Assembly (NCBI RefSeq): GCF_902713615.1
Contig: NC_052146.1
Coordinates: forward strand, 181,924,143-181,988,142
Reading direction: 5' to 3'
DNA: 64,000 bases
DNA from: Scyliorhinus canicula
Lineage: Eukaryota
The translations under genes and the position numbers were made by a program. Shown in pieces: positions 1 to 12,507 of this stretch (the stretch's first letter is position 1; every line of letters begins with the position of its first letter). The notes under the pieces are model-generated. The model had not been told where the DNA came from and searched no databases. It was given only the letters and a program-made list of their open reading frames with translations.

Positions 1-68
1 ACATTAAGATAAACTAAATTCCTTTGAACCACTAAACCACACAGAGGTTAAAATTTACAGACAAGAGG

Positions 69-2879
69 ACTTCCGGTTGCTGCTATGCGGAGCTAAGCCG
101 CACGTTCGGCAGCTCCCGCCAAGAACGGACTTTTGGGCTCTTTTAAGGGCCCCCAGTGGTACTTGCTCGACGACTCTCGACGTGGGAAGGTGTCTGCAGC
201 GGATCCCCAGTGGTCTATGGTCTTGACCAGGAGTGGGGCCAGCAAAATAGCGGTGGCAGCGCCTAAGAAAAAGCGGGGGAAGAGAATCAAGATGGCGACC
301 GGCGGAGGCCTCGAGGAATGGAGGCAGTGGGCGCAGGTGCAGCAGGAGACTCTCCAGCGCTGTTTTCAGGAGCTAAAAGTGGAGCTGCTAGACTCGCTGA
401 AGGCGAATACAGACAAACTGCTGGCGACGCAGGCAGCCCAGGGGGTGGAGATCCGGGACCTCTGACAACAAGCCTCCGAAAGAGAGGATGAGGCCGCGGC
501 CCTCGCAGTAAAGGTGGAGATGCATGAGGCGCTCCATAAGAAGTGGCAGGAGCGGTTCGAGGAGATGGAGAACCGGTCGAGGCGGAAACATTTGCGGATC
601 CTGGGCTTCACGGAGGGGCTGGAGGGGTCAGACCTGGGGGCCTATGTGATCGTTTTGTTGAACTCGCTGATGGGAGCTGGGTCATTCCAGGGGCCCCTGG
701 AGCTGGAGGGGGCCCACAGAATACTGGCCAGGAGGCCCAAGCCGAATGAGCCGCCACGGGCCGCCACGGGCGGTGCTGGTGAGGTTCCACCGGTTCGTTG
801 ACCAAGAGTGCGTGCTTAGGTGGGCCAACAAGGAGCGGAGCAGCAAGTGGGAGAACACGGTAGTGCAGATCTACCAGAACTGGAGTGCGGAGGTGGCTAA
901 GCGGAGGGCCGGGTAAGGCTGTGCCCCACAGAAAGAGTGTGAAGTTTGGCATGTTACAGCCGGCGCGTCTGTGGGTCACTTACAAGGACCGGCACTTTTA
1001 TTTCGAGTCCCCGGAGGTGGTGTGGGCCTTTGTGCGGGCCGAGAAGTTGGACTCTGACTGAGGGTCGGGGGTTTGTAAATAACTGTGTTAACTTTTGGTG
1101 GGAAGGGTCTCTGTTTTATGCTGTTTCATTCTGTTTTAAGCTGGTTGTGTGTTGTTTCTAGGGCGGGTGGGGTGCTGTCTTTTGTTTTGCGTGGGCGGGG
1201 TTGGGCAGAGGGAAAGCGCAGGCTTTTCTTCTGTTTCCCGCGCTGAGGGTGGATGGGGGCGGGGTCGGAGCTGAGAAGCGCAGGCTTTTTTCCCGCGCAA
1301 GAGCGGGAGGGGGAGGGTCTGCTGATGGGTCTGGGGAAGGAGAAGTAGCCCCACGTTGGGAGGGGTCGGAGGTGTGGCGGGAGCTGCCGGGGTCAGCAGA
1401 AGTTAGCTGGCTCACGGGATTGCTGCGGAGGGAGTAACGTAGCTGGGAGGGGCCCTAGCCTGGGGGGGGGGGGTATCGGGTTGCTGCTGAAATGGCCAGG
1501 AAGGAGCTGGAGTATGCACGGGGGGCCGGGGGGGGGGTTTGCCGCCGTGGGGAACGGGCCGAGCGGGGGGCGCTGGCCTGGGGCAGGCAGGGGACGGGTT
1601 ATGGCTAGCCGGCAAGGGGGGGGGGGGGGGGGGGGGGGGGGGGGAGAGGGGAGCAGGGAGCCCTCTGATCGGCTGATAACTTGGAATGTGAGGGGGCTGA
1701 ATGGGCCGGTCAAACGGGCCCGGGTGTTTACGCACCTGAAGGCAGACGTGGCTATGCGCCATGAGACGCACCTGAAGGTGGCAGACCAGGTTAGACTGAG
1801 GAAGGGCTGGGTAGGCCAGGTGTTTCATTCGGGGCTGGATGCAAAACAATCGGGGGGGGTGGCGATTCTGGTGGGAAAAAGGGTGTCGTTTGAGGAGTCA
1901 AAGGTGGTGGCTGACAGTGGAGGGAGGTAAATTGAGACGATGCAGGTTTTATGCGGTGCATGTTGGGCCGCATTCCGGATCTAGAGACGGGGGTCTGATA
2001 CTGGGGGGGGACTTTAACATGGTGCTGGATCTCCCATTGGATCGATCCATGTCCAGGACGGGCAGGAGGCCCGCGGCGGCTAAGGTGTTGAGGGGGTTTA
2101 TGGACTAGATGGGAGGGGTGGATCCTTGGAGGTTCACGAGACCGAGGGCCAGGGAGTATTCATTTTTTTCCCACGTGCATAAAGTCTATTCCCGGATCGA
2201 TTTTTTTGTCCTGAGCAGGGGGCTGATTTCGAGGGTGGAGGATGCCGAGTATTCGGCCATAGTCATTTCGGACCATGCCCCGCACTGGGTAGACCTTGAG
2301 CTGGGGGAGGAGAGGGACCAGCGCCTGCTCTGGCACCTGGAGGTGGGACTGCTGGCGGATGAGAAAGTGGGCGGGCGGGTTCGGGGGTGTATCGAGAGGT
2401 ACTTAGAGGCCAATGATAATTGGGAGGTCTGGGTGGGGACGGTTTGGGAGGCATTGAAGACGGTGCTTAGAGGGGAGTTGATTTCCATCCGAGCCCATAG
2501 GGAGAGGGGAGAGCAAAGAGAGAAGGAGAGGTTGGTGGGGGAGATGGTGAGGGTGGACAGGAGATATGCGGAAGCTCCGGAGGAGGGACTGTTGAGGGAG
2601 CGACGTAACCTTCAGGCCAAGTTCGACTTGCTGACCACCGGAAAGGTGGAAGTTCACTGGAGGAAGGCACAGGGAGCGGTGTACGAATATGGGGAGAAGG
2701 CGAGTAGGATGCTGGCGCATCAGCTTTGTAAGCGCGACGCTTCGTAAGCGAGACGCGGCCAGGGAGATTGGTGGAGTGACGGATAGGGGAGGCAATGCAG
2801 TGCGAAGGGTGGTGGACATTAATGGGGTCTTCAGGGACTTTTATGGGGAATTGTACTGGTCCGAGCACCCAGTGGGGGT

Positions 2880-2912
<33 letters not shown>

Positions 2913-4444
2913 GATGAGATGGGGCGCTTTTTGGACAGGCTGAGATTTTCCGAAGGTGGAGGAGGGACAGGTGGAGGGGCTGGGGGCGCCGATTGAGCTG
3001 GTTAAAGGGACAGGTAGCATGCAGTCGGGGAAGGCGCCGGGGCCGGATGGGATTCCGGTCGAATTTTACAAAATGTATGCAGACCTGCTAGGGCCCCTGT
3101 TGGTTAGGACCTTTAACGAGGCGGGGGGGGGGGGGGGGGGGTCACGGGCACTGATTTCCTTGATTCTTAAATGGGACAAGGACCCTCTGCAGTGTGGATC
3201 ATACAGGCCCTCAAAATCTGGGGGCAATGGAGACGGCATAGGGGGGAGATGGGGGGCTCAATGGAGTCTCCGATACGGGGGAACCACCGGTTTGTTTCAG
3301 GGAGCATCGATGGCGGGTTTCTTGGCTGGCACAGGGTGGGTATTAGGAGGTTGCGGGACCTGTTTGTGGATGGGAGGTTTGCGAGCCTGGGTGAGTTAGA
3401 GGGGAAGTTTGGGCGCCCCCCCGGGGAACATGTTTAGGTACATGCAGGTTAGGGCGTTTGCCAGGCGGCAGGTGGAGGGGTTCCCTCTGCTGCCCCCACG
3501 TGGGGTGCGGGACAGGGTGCTCTCGGGGGTGTGGGTTGGCGGGGGGAGGATTTTGGACGTGTACCACGTCATGCAGGAGGTGGATGAGGCCTCGGTGGAG
3601 AAGCTGAAGGGTAAATGGGAAGAGGAGCTGGGTGAGGAGATTGAGGAGGGGACGTGGGCGGATGCCCTGGAAAGAGTGAATTCCTCCTCTTCCTGTGCGA
3701 GGCTTAGCCTCATACAGTTCAAGGTGCTGCACAGGGTCCACACGACCGGGACGAGGATGAGTAGGTTTTTCGGGAGCGAAGACAGGTGTGCTCAGTGCTC
3801 GGGGAGCCCAGCGAACCACGCCCATATGTTCTGGGCATGCCCAGCGCTGGGGGAGTTTTGGAAGGGGGTAGCAAGGACGGTGTCGAGGGTGGTAGGATCC
3901 AGGGTCAAGCCAGGCTGGGGACGCGCAATTTTTGGGGTTGCAGTGGAGCCGGGAGTGCAGGAGGCGAAAGAGGCCGGTGTTCTGGTCTTTGCGTCCCTAG
4001 TAGCCCGGCGGAGGATTTTGCTTCAATGGAAGGATGCGAGGCCCCCAAGCGTGGAGGCTTGGATCAATGATACGGCGGGGTTCATCAAATTGGAGAGGGT
4101 GAAATTTCCCGTGAGGGGATCAGTGCAGGGGTTCTTTAGGCAGTGGCAGCCTTTCCTGGACTTCCTGGCGGAACGGTGGGAAAATAAGCCGGCAGCAGCA
4201 GCAACCCGGGGGGGGGGGGGGGGGGGGGGAGAGATTCGGGGGAAGGGAGAAATGTGAATGTGTGTTTATTGAATATGTCAGGTGTTTATCTATTTCTTCT
4301 TTTTGTAGTTACTGGGGGGGGGGGGGGATTTGGTTTTGGGGGGGTTATTGTGTTTTTCTTTTTGGTGTTGTTAATACTGTTTTCTTGTTGTTATTTTCTG
4401 ATATGTTTTTGAAAATCTCAATAAAAATTATTTATAAAAAAAAC
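69..4444 (+). mobile_element. L1-clade LINE, 5'-to-3' complete but decayed, with the RT core internally deleted
   Basis: ORF1 fragments (ENRSRRKHLRILG, L1 ORF1/Transposase_22-like); APE motifs LITWNVRGLN, GGDFN, YSRIDFF, SDHAP; RT start KAPGPDG; C-terminal CAQC..H..WAC knuckle; AATAAA plus poly(A) near 4420-4443; TSD ATTTACA(G/C)ACAAGAGG at 53-68 and 4445-4460. Confidence 0.93.
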
Positions 4445-4774
4445 ATTTACACACAAGAGGTTATTTACAAATTAGTGTTTAAATACTGGATCACAGCCAG
4501 ATATATATAATGTTTTTTAATATAATGCTTGATCAAGTAGAAATGGATAATAAATTAAGTGGAGAAGTGAAAAAGAAACAAACGTGGAAAGGGAAGTGGA
4601 TTTGTAAGTGGAGATAGAATACTTTGGAGGGGAAAACAAGGCTGGAAGCAACTTTAATAAATAAATGCATTGATGTAACCTCTCACTTCAATTTTCTGTT
4701 GGTGATTATGGTTAGATTTTGTCCGTTGGTTGCCTCATTATCATTTACTGAAATTTCAAAGTTATAGGTTTTCA

Positions 4775-4955
4775 TCTTTCAGACAAGGTGTTAAACTGAG
4801 GCCCCACTTGCCCTCTCAGATTGCGCAAAGACAATATGGCACTATTCAAAGAAAAGCAACCAAAGTTTTTCCAGTGTCCTGGTGAATAATTATCTATCAT
4901 CACTTAAACAGATTAACTTTCATGTGCAAATAGACTGCAACATTTCTGTCATTAC
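4775..4955 (+). mobile_element. Deu-domain SINE remnant (SacSINE1/AmnSINE1-like)
   Basis: tttcagacaaggtgttaaactgaggcccc...ggcactattcaaagaa...ccagtgtcctgg resembles the Deu-SINE body as recalled; related copies elsewhere in the window; boundaries approximate. Confidence 0.65.
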
Positions 4956-5798
4956 ATAGAAAATAGGAGCAGGAGGCCAATTGGCCCTTCGAAACTGCTC
5001 CACCATTCATTATGATCATAATTTATCATCCAACTCAATAGCTTAATCCCACTTTCCCCACATATACCCTTTGATCACCTTGATCCTAGGTGCTATATTT
5101 AAATGCTTCTTGAAAACATGCAATGTTTTGGCCTCAACTACTTCCTGTGGTAACGATTTCCACAGACCGACCACTCTCTGGGTGAAGAAATTTCTTCTCA
5201 TCTCTGTCCTAAATGGTCTACCCCGCATCCTCAGACTGTGACCCTTGGTTCTGGGCGCACCCATCATCAGGAACATCCCTCCTGCATCTACCCTGCCCAG
5301 TCCTGTTAGAATTTTATAGTTTTCTATGAGATCCACCCCACCCCCTGCCTCATTCTTCTGAACTCCAGTGAATACAATCCTAACCAACTCAATCTCTCAT
5401 TATACGTCAGTCCCACCATCCCTGGAATCAATCTGGTCAACCTTTGTTGCACTCCCTCCAGAGCAAGAACATCCTTCCTCAGGGAAGGAGACTAAAAACT
5501 GCACTCAATATTCCAGGTGTGGCCTCACCAAGGCTCTGTAATTGCAGCAAGACATCGCTGCTCCTGTACTCAAATCCTCTCGCTACGAAGAACAACATAC
5601 CATTTGCCTTCTTTACCGCCTGCTGTACCTGAATGCTTACCTTCACTGACTGGTGTACAAGGACACCCAGGTGTCATTGCACTTTCCCCTCTCCTAATTT
5701 ATGGCCATTCAGATAATAGTCTGCCTTCTCGTTTTTGACACCAAAGTGGATAACCTTGCATTTCTCCTAATTATACTGCATCTGCCATTCATTTCGAA

Positions 5799-5835
5799 TC
5801 ACTAGCTTTCGGAGCACTGCTTCTTCCTCAGGTGA
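5799..5835 (-). ncRNA. Minimal type I hammerhead ribozyme motif in Penelope pLTR
   Basis: Reverse complement TCAC-CTGAGGA-A-GAAGC-AGT-GCTCC-GAAA-GCTA-GTGA: CUGAnGA/GAAA core, stem I TCAC/GTGA, palindromic AGCT helix III, one mismatch in stem II. Confidence 0.75.
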
Positions 5836-6091
5836 ATAAAGAGGTGGGTTCCAGAAACTTGTATAGAGACAAAGTCAAAGATTCAAGACGATACTTTGAA
5901 CGCGGGTCTTTGCAGGTAATTAGGTCTTTACAGGTCCAGACGGAGCAACTGGAGAGAGGGAGAATCACAGGTTAAAGAGGTGTGAATCGTCTCAAGCCAG
6001 GAGAGTTGATAGAATTTTGCAAGCTCAGGGCAGGATGGGGGGGTGAACGTAATGCAACATGAATCCAAGGTCCCGGTGGAGGCCGTACTCA

Positions 6092-6352
6092 TATAGAACA
6101 TACATAGAACATAGAACAGTACAGCACAGAACAGGCCCTTCGGCCCTCAATGTTGTGCCGAGCAATGATCACCCCACCCTACACCCGCAACCCAACAACA
6201 CCCCCTTAACCTTACTTTTTGGGACACTACGGGCAATTTAGCATGGCCAATCCACCTATCCCGCACATCTTTGGACTGTGGGAGGAAACCGGAGCACCCG
6301 GAGGAAACCCACGCACACACAGGGAGGACGTGCAGACTCCGCACAGACAGTG
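6092..6352 (-). mobile_element. 5'-truncated V-domain (HE1-like) SINE with CR1-type tail, inserted in the Penelope arm
   Basis: V-domain gtgggtttcctccgggtgctccggtttcctcccacagtccaaagatgtgc; tail gggccgaagggcctgttctgtgctgtactgttctatgttctatg. Confidence 0.88.
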
Positions 6353-6936
6353 ATATGTGCGGAACTTGGCTATAAACTCCTGCTCTACGATTCTGCGTTG
6401 TTGCGCGTCCTGAAGGCCGCCTTGGAGAACGCTTACCCGAAGATCAGAGGCTGAATGCCCTTGACTGCCAAAGTGTTTCTCGACTGGAAGGGAACATTCC
6501 TGCCTGGTGATTGTCGCGCAATGTCCGTTCATCCATTGTCGCAGCGTCTGCATGGTTTTGCCAATGTACCACGCTTCGGGACATCATTTCCTGCAGCGTA
6601 TGAGGTAGACAATGTTAGCCGAGTGGCACGAGTAGTACCACGTACCTGGTGGGTGGTGTTCTCACGTGTAATGGTGGTACCCATGTCGATGATCTTGCAG
6701 GCCTTGCAGAGATTGCCATGGCAGGGTTCTGTGGTGTCGTGGTTGCTGTTCTGAAGGCTGGGTAGTTTGCTGCAAACAATGGTCAGTTTGCGGTTGCGCG
6801 GTTGTTTGAAGGCAAGTAGTGGGAGTGTGGGGATGACCCTGGCAATATGTTCGTCTTAGATAGATAGATAGAGAAATACAGCACAGAACAGGCCCTTCGG
6901 CCCACGATGTTGCGCCGAACTTTTGTCCTTGGTTAA

Positions 6937-7145
6937 TCATAGAATTTTGGACAATTTTTCATGGCCAATCCACCCAACCTGCACATCTTTGGACTGTGGG
7001 AGGAAACCAGAGTACCCGGAGGAAACCCACGCAGTCACAGGGAGGATGTGCAGACTCCACACAGACAGCGACCCAAGTCGAAATCGAACTTGGGACCCTG
7101 GAGCTGTGAAGCAATTGTGCTATCCACAATGCTACCGTGCTGCCC
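6937..7145 (-). mobile_element. V-domain SINE (tRNA head plus V domain) embedded in the CR1 3' UTR
   Basis: GGGCAGCACGGTAGCATTGTGG..GTTCGATTTC head, V domain, flanked by TTAA, between the ORF2 stop (7179) and the CR1 tail. Confidence 0.88.
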
Positions 7146-7178
7146 TTAAGAAGTTAACCTACACTCCATTATTCTACC

Positions 7179-10000
7179 CTAATCCATGTACCTATCCAAT
7201 AGCCGCTTGAAGGTCCCTAACTTTTCCGACTCAACTACTTCCACAGGCAGTGCATTCCATGCCCCCACTACTCTCTGGGTAAAGAACCTACCTCTGACAT
7301 CCCCTCTATATCTTCCACCATTTATCTTAAATTTATGTCCCCTTGTAATGGTGTGTTCCACCCGGGGAAAAAGTCTCTGACTGTCTATTCTATCTATTCC
7401 CCTAATGATCTTATAAACCTCTATCAAGTCGCCCCTCATCCTTCTCCGTTCTAATGAGAAAAGGCCTAGCACCCTCAACCTTTCCTCGTATGACCTACTC
7501 TCCATTCCAGGCAACATCCTGGTAAATCTCCTTTGCACCTTTTCCAAAGCTTCCACATCCTTCCTAAAATGAGGCGACCAGAACTGCACACAGTACTCCA
7601 AATGTGGCCTGACCAAGGTTTTGTACAGCTGCATCATCACCTCACGGCTCTTAAATTCAATCCCTCTGCTAATGAACGCTAGCACACCATAGGCCTTCTT
7701 CACAGCTCTATCCACTTGAGTGGCAACTTTCAAAGATCTATGAACATAGACCCCAAGATCTCTCTGCTCCTCCACATTGCCAAGAACCCTACCATTAACC
7801 CTGTATTCCGCATTCATATTTGTCCTTCCAAAATGGGCAACCTCACACTTGTCAGGGTTAAACTCCATCTGCCACTTCTCAGCCCAACTCTGCATTCTAT
7901 CTATGTCTCCTTGAAGCTCCACCAATCTTCGTATCATCTGCAAATTTACTGACCCACCCTTCAACTCCCTCATCCAAGTCGTTAATGAAAATCACAAACA
8001 GCAGAGGGCCCAGAACTGATCCCTGCGGTACGCCACTGATAACTGGGCTCCAGGCTGAATATTTGCCATCCACCACCACTCTCTGTCTTCTATCGGTTAG
8101 CCAGTTTGTTATCCAACTGGCCAAATTTCCCACTATCCCATGCCTCCTTACTTTCTGCATAAGCCTACCATGGGGAACCTTATCAAATGCCTTACTAAAA
8201 TCCATGTACACTACATCCACTGCTTTACCTTCATCCACATGCTTGGTCACCTCCTCAAAGAAGTCAATAAGACTTGTAAGGCAAGACCTACCCCTCACAA
8301 ATCCGTGCTGTCTATCCCTAATCAAGCAATGCCTTTCCAGATGCTCAGAAATCCTATCCCTCAGTACCCTTTCCATTACTTTGCCTACCACCGAAGTAAG
8401 ACTAACTGGCCTGTAATTCCCAGGGTTATCCCTATTCCCTTTTTTGAACAGGGGCACGACATTCGCCACTCTCCAATCCTCTGGTACCACCCCTGTTGAC
8501 AGCGAGGGCGAAAAGATCATTGCCAACGGCTCTGCAATTTCATTTCTTGCTTCCCATAGAATCCTTGGATATGTCCCGTCAGGCCCGGGGGACTTGTCTA
8601 TCCTCAAGTTTTTCAAAACGCGCAACACATCTTCCTTCCTGACAAGTATCTCCTCAAGCTTATCAGTCTGCTTCACGCTGTCCTCTCCAACAACATGGCC
8701 CCTCTCGTTTGTAAATACTGAAGAAAAATACTTGTTCAAGACCTCTCCTATCTCTTCAGACTCAATACACAATCTCCCGCTACTGTCCTTAATCGGACCT
8801 ACCCTCGCTCTAGTCATTCTCATATTTCTCACATATGTGTAAAGGCCTTGGGGTTTTCCTTGATCCTACCCGCCAAAGATTTTTCATGCCCTCTCTTAGC
8901 TCTCCTAATCCCTTTCTTCAGTTCCCTCCTGGCTATCTTGTATCCCTCCAGCGCCCTGTCTGAACCTTGTTTCTTCAGCCTTACATAAGTCTCCTTCTTC
9001 CTCTTAACAAGACATTCAACCTCTCTTGTCAACCATGGTTCCCTCACTCGACCATCTCTTCCCTGCCTGACAGGGGCATACATATCAAAGACATGCAGTA
9101 CCTGTTCCTTGAACAAGTTCCACATTTCACTTGTGTCCTTCCCTGACAGCCTATGTTCCCAACTTCTGCACTTCAATTCTTGTCTGACAGCATTGCATTT
9201 ACCCTTCCCCCAATTATAAACCTTACCCTGTTGCACGCACCTATCCCTCTCCATAACTAAAGTGAAAGTCACAGAATTGTGGTCACTACCTCCAAAATGC
9301 TCCCCCACTAACAAATCTATCACCTGCCCTGGTTCATTACCAAGAACTAAATCCAATATGGCCTCCCCTCTGGTCGGACAATCTACATACTGTGTTAGAA
9401 AAGCTTCCTGGACACACTGCACAAACACTACCCCATCCAAACTATTTGATCTAAAGAGTTTCCACTCAATGTTTGGGAAGTTGAAGTCACCCATGACTAC
9501 TACCCTGTGACTTCTGCACCTTTCCAAAATCTGTTTCCCAATCTGTTCCTCCACATCTCTGCTGCTATTGGGGGGGCCTATAGAAAACTCCCAACAAGGT
9601 GACTGCTCTTTTCCTATTTCTGACTTCAACCCATATTACCTCAGTAGGCAGATCCCCCTCGAACTGCCTTTCTGCAGCTGTTATACTATCTCTAATTAAC
9701 AATGCCACCCCCCACCTCTTTTACCATCCTCCCTAATCTTGTTGAAACATCTATAACCAGGGACCTCCAACAACCATTTCTGCCCCTCTTCTATCCAAGT
9801 TTCCGTGATGACCACCACATCGTAGTCCCAAGTACCGATCCATGCCTTAAGTTCACCCACCTTATTCCTGATGCTTCTTGCATTAAAGTATACAAACTTC
9901 AACCCATCTCCTTGCCTGCAAGTACTCTCCTTTGTCATTGTTACCTTCCCCACTGCATCACTACGTGCTTTGGCGTCCTGACTATTGTCTTCCTTAGTTG
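7179..10000 (-). pseudogene. CR1 ORF2 (AP endonuclease plus reverse transcriptase), broken by several frameshifts
   Basis: [63 protein letters not shown] spread over ORFs 9696-9953, 8829-9629, 7897-8832, 7179-7973; 5' limit approximate. Confidence 0.92.
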
Positions 10001-10036
10001 CTGGACTACAGATCTGGTTCCCATTCCCCTGCCAAA

Positions 10037-10972
10037 TTAGTTTAAACCCTCCCGAAGAGTACTAGAAAACATCCCCCCCAGGATATTGGTGCCCCTCTGG
10101 TTCAGATGCAACCCATCCTGCTTGTACAGGTCCCACCTTCCCCAGAATGCGCTCCAATTATCCAAATACCTGAAGCCCTCCCTCCTACACCATTCCTGCA
10201 GCCACGTGTTCAACTGTACTCTCTCCCTATTCCTAGCCTCGCTATCACGTGGCACCGGCAACAAACCAGAGATGACAACTCTGTCTGTCCTGGCCTTTAA
10301 CTTCCAGCCTAACTCCCTAAACTTGTTTATTACCTTCACACCCTTTTTCCTACCTACATCGTTGGTACCAATGTGTACCACGACTCCTGGCTGCTCACCC
10401 TCCCCCTTCAGGATCCTGAAGACACGATCCAAGACATCCCTGGCCCTGGCACCCGGGAGGCAACATACCTTTTGGGAGTCTCGCTCGCGACCACAGAATC
10501 TCCTATCTATTCCCCTAACCATTGAATCTCCTATTACTACTGCTTTTCTATGCTCCCCCCTTCCCTTCTGAGCCCCAGAGCCAGACTCAGTGCCAGAGAC
10601 CTGGCCGCTGGGGCCTTCCCCTGGTAGGTCATCCCCCCCAACAGCATCCAAAACGGTATACTTGTTTTGAAGGGGAACGGCTACGAGGGATCCCTGCACT
10701 GTCTGCCTGTTAGTTTTCTTTCCCCTGACTGTAACCCAGCTACTCTTGTCCAGTACCTTTGGTGTGGCTACCTCTCTGCAACTCTTCTCTATAACCCCCT
10801 CTGCCTCCCGGATGATCCGAAGTTCATCCAGCTCCAGCTCCAGTACCTTAACACGGTCTCTGAGGAGCTGGAGTTGGGTGCACTTCCCGCAGGTATAGTC
10901 AGCGGGGACAGCAGTGGTTTCCCTCACCACCCACATCCTACAGGAGGAGCATGCAACTGCCCTAGCCTCCAT
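10037..10972 (-). CDS. CR1 ORF1p: N-terminal CxxC..CxxC zinc finger/coiled coil plus SGNH (GDSL-like) esterase domain, 311 aa
   Basis: CSSCRMW..CGKCTQL; VIGDSMVR; HIGTNDV; DGLHLN; uninterrupted ORF. Confidence 0.9.
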   Translation of the reverse strand: MEARAVACSSCRMWVVRETTAVPADYTCGKCTQLQLLRDRVKVLELELDELRIIREAEGVIEKSCREVATPKVLDKSSWVTVRGKKTNRQTVQGSLVAVPLQNKYTVLDAVGGDDLPGEGPSGQVSGTESGSGAQKGRGEHRKAVVIGDSMVRGIDRRFCGRERDSQKVCCLPGARARDVLDRVFRILKGEGEQPGVVVHIGTNDVGRKKGVKVINKFRELGWKLKARTDRVVISGLLPVPRDSEARNRERVQLNTWLQEWCRREGFRYLDNWSAFWGRWDLYKQDGLHLNQRGTNILGGMFSSTLREGLN

Positions 10973-12470
10973 CCCTTCATCGAAGGCTGCGAAGATGTCA
11001 TAGTTCCTCCACTCCGACGACGAAGAGTACTCTTGTCGGTTGTGTCCCGTGTTTGTCTTCTGAGGAGGTCGGTGCGGTTTTTTGCTGTGGCAAAAAGTTG
11101 GAACTGTCGATCAATGTGTTTAGCGCCATAACCCGTTCGTATGAGGGCATTTTTCAGCGTCTGTAGATGTCTGTTGCGCTCATCCTCGTCTGAGCAGATC
11201 CTGTGTATACGGAGGGCTTGTCCATAGGGGATGGCTTCTTTAATGTGTTTAGGGTGGAAGCTGGAGAAGTGGATCATCGTGAGATTATCCGTGGGCTTGC
11301 GGTAAAGCGAAGTGCTGAGGTGACTGTCTTTGATGGAGATGAGTGTATCCAAGAATGCAACCGATTGTGGAGAGTAGTCCATGGTGGGATGAAACTTATT
11401 GATGTCATCATGTAGTCATTTCAGTGATTCTTCGCCGTGGGTCCAAAGGAAGAAAATGTCATCGACGTACCTGGTGTATAACGTCAGTTGAAGGTCCTGT
11501 GAGGTAAGGAGGTCTTGTTCAAACTTCTGCATGAAGATGTTGGCATATTGAGGTGCAAATTTGGTCCCCATGGCTGTTCCGTGTGTCTGGTTGAAGATTG
11601 CACCGCAGCACAAAAACGCACCGACCTCCTCAGAAGACAAACACGGGACATAACCGAAAGAGTACCCTTCGTCGTCCAGTACTTCCCTGGAGCGGAGAAA
11701 CTACGACATCTTCTTCGCAGAATTCAACATGTCATATATGAAGACAAACATCTTGCCACGGTCATCCCCACACCCCCACTACTTCAAACAAACCACTGTT
11801 TATAACAAACTATCCAGCCTTCAGAACAGCGACCACGACACCACACAACCCTGCCATGACAATCTCTGCAAGACGTGCCAGATCATCGACTTGGGCATCA
11901 CCATTACACGTGAGAAAACCACCCATCAGGTACGTGGTACATACTCGTGCGACTCAGCCAACGTTGCCGACCTCATACTCTGCAGGAAAGGAGGTCCCAA
12001 AGCGTGGTACATTGGCGAAACCATGCAGACACTGCGACAATGGATGAACGGACACCGCGCAACAATCGCCAGGCAAGAATGTTCTCTTCCAGTCGGAGAA
12101 CACTTCAACAGTCAAGGGCATTCAGACTCTGATCTTCAGGTCAGCGTTCTCCAAGGCGGCCTTCAGGAAGCGCAACAACGCAGAATCGCAGTGCAGAAAC
12201 CTATAGCCAAGTTCCGCACACATGAGTACGGCCTCAAGCGGGACCTTGGATTCATGTCTCATTACATTCACCTCCCACCATCTGGCCTGGGCTTGCGAAA
12301 TCCTACCAACTGTCCTGGCTTGAGACAATTCACACCTCTTTAACCTGTGATTATCCCTCTCTACAGTTGGACCTGTAAAGACTTAATTACCTGCAAAGAC
12401 TCATATTCAAAGTATCATCTTGCATCTTTGACTTTATCTATATATATGTTTCTGGAACCCTCCTCTTCAT

Positions 12471-12507
12471 TCACCTGAGGAAGGAGCAGTGCTCCGAAAT
12501 CTAGTGA
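12471..12507 (+). ncRNA. Minimal hammerhead motif in Penelope pLTR (helix III palindrome altered)
   Basis: TCAC-CTGAGGA-A-GGAGC-AGT-GCTCC-GAAA-TCTA-GTGA. Confidence 0.72.

Larger units (their letters stand above)
6858..10975 (-). mobile_element. Young, near full-length CR1 LINE inserted in the Penelope element
   Basis: Intact ORF1, frameshifted ORF2, 3' tail gggcctgttctgtgctgtatttctctatctatc; Penelope sequence resumes on both sides. Confidence 0.95.

Noticed and set aside
7985-10571. Plus-strand ORFs overlapping the CR1
   Set aside because: Antisense shadows of CR1 ORF1 and ORF2.
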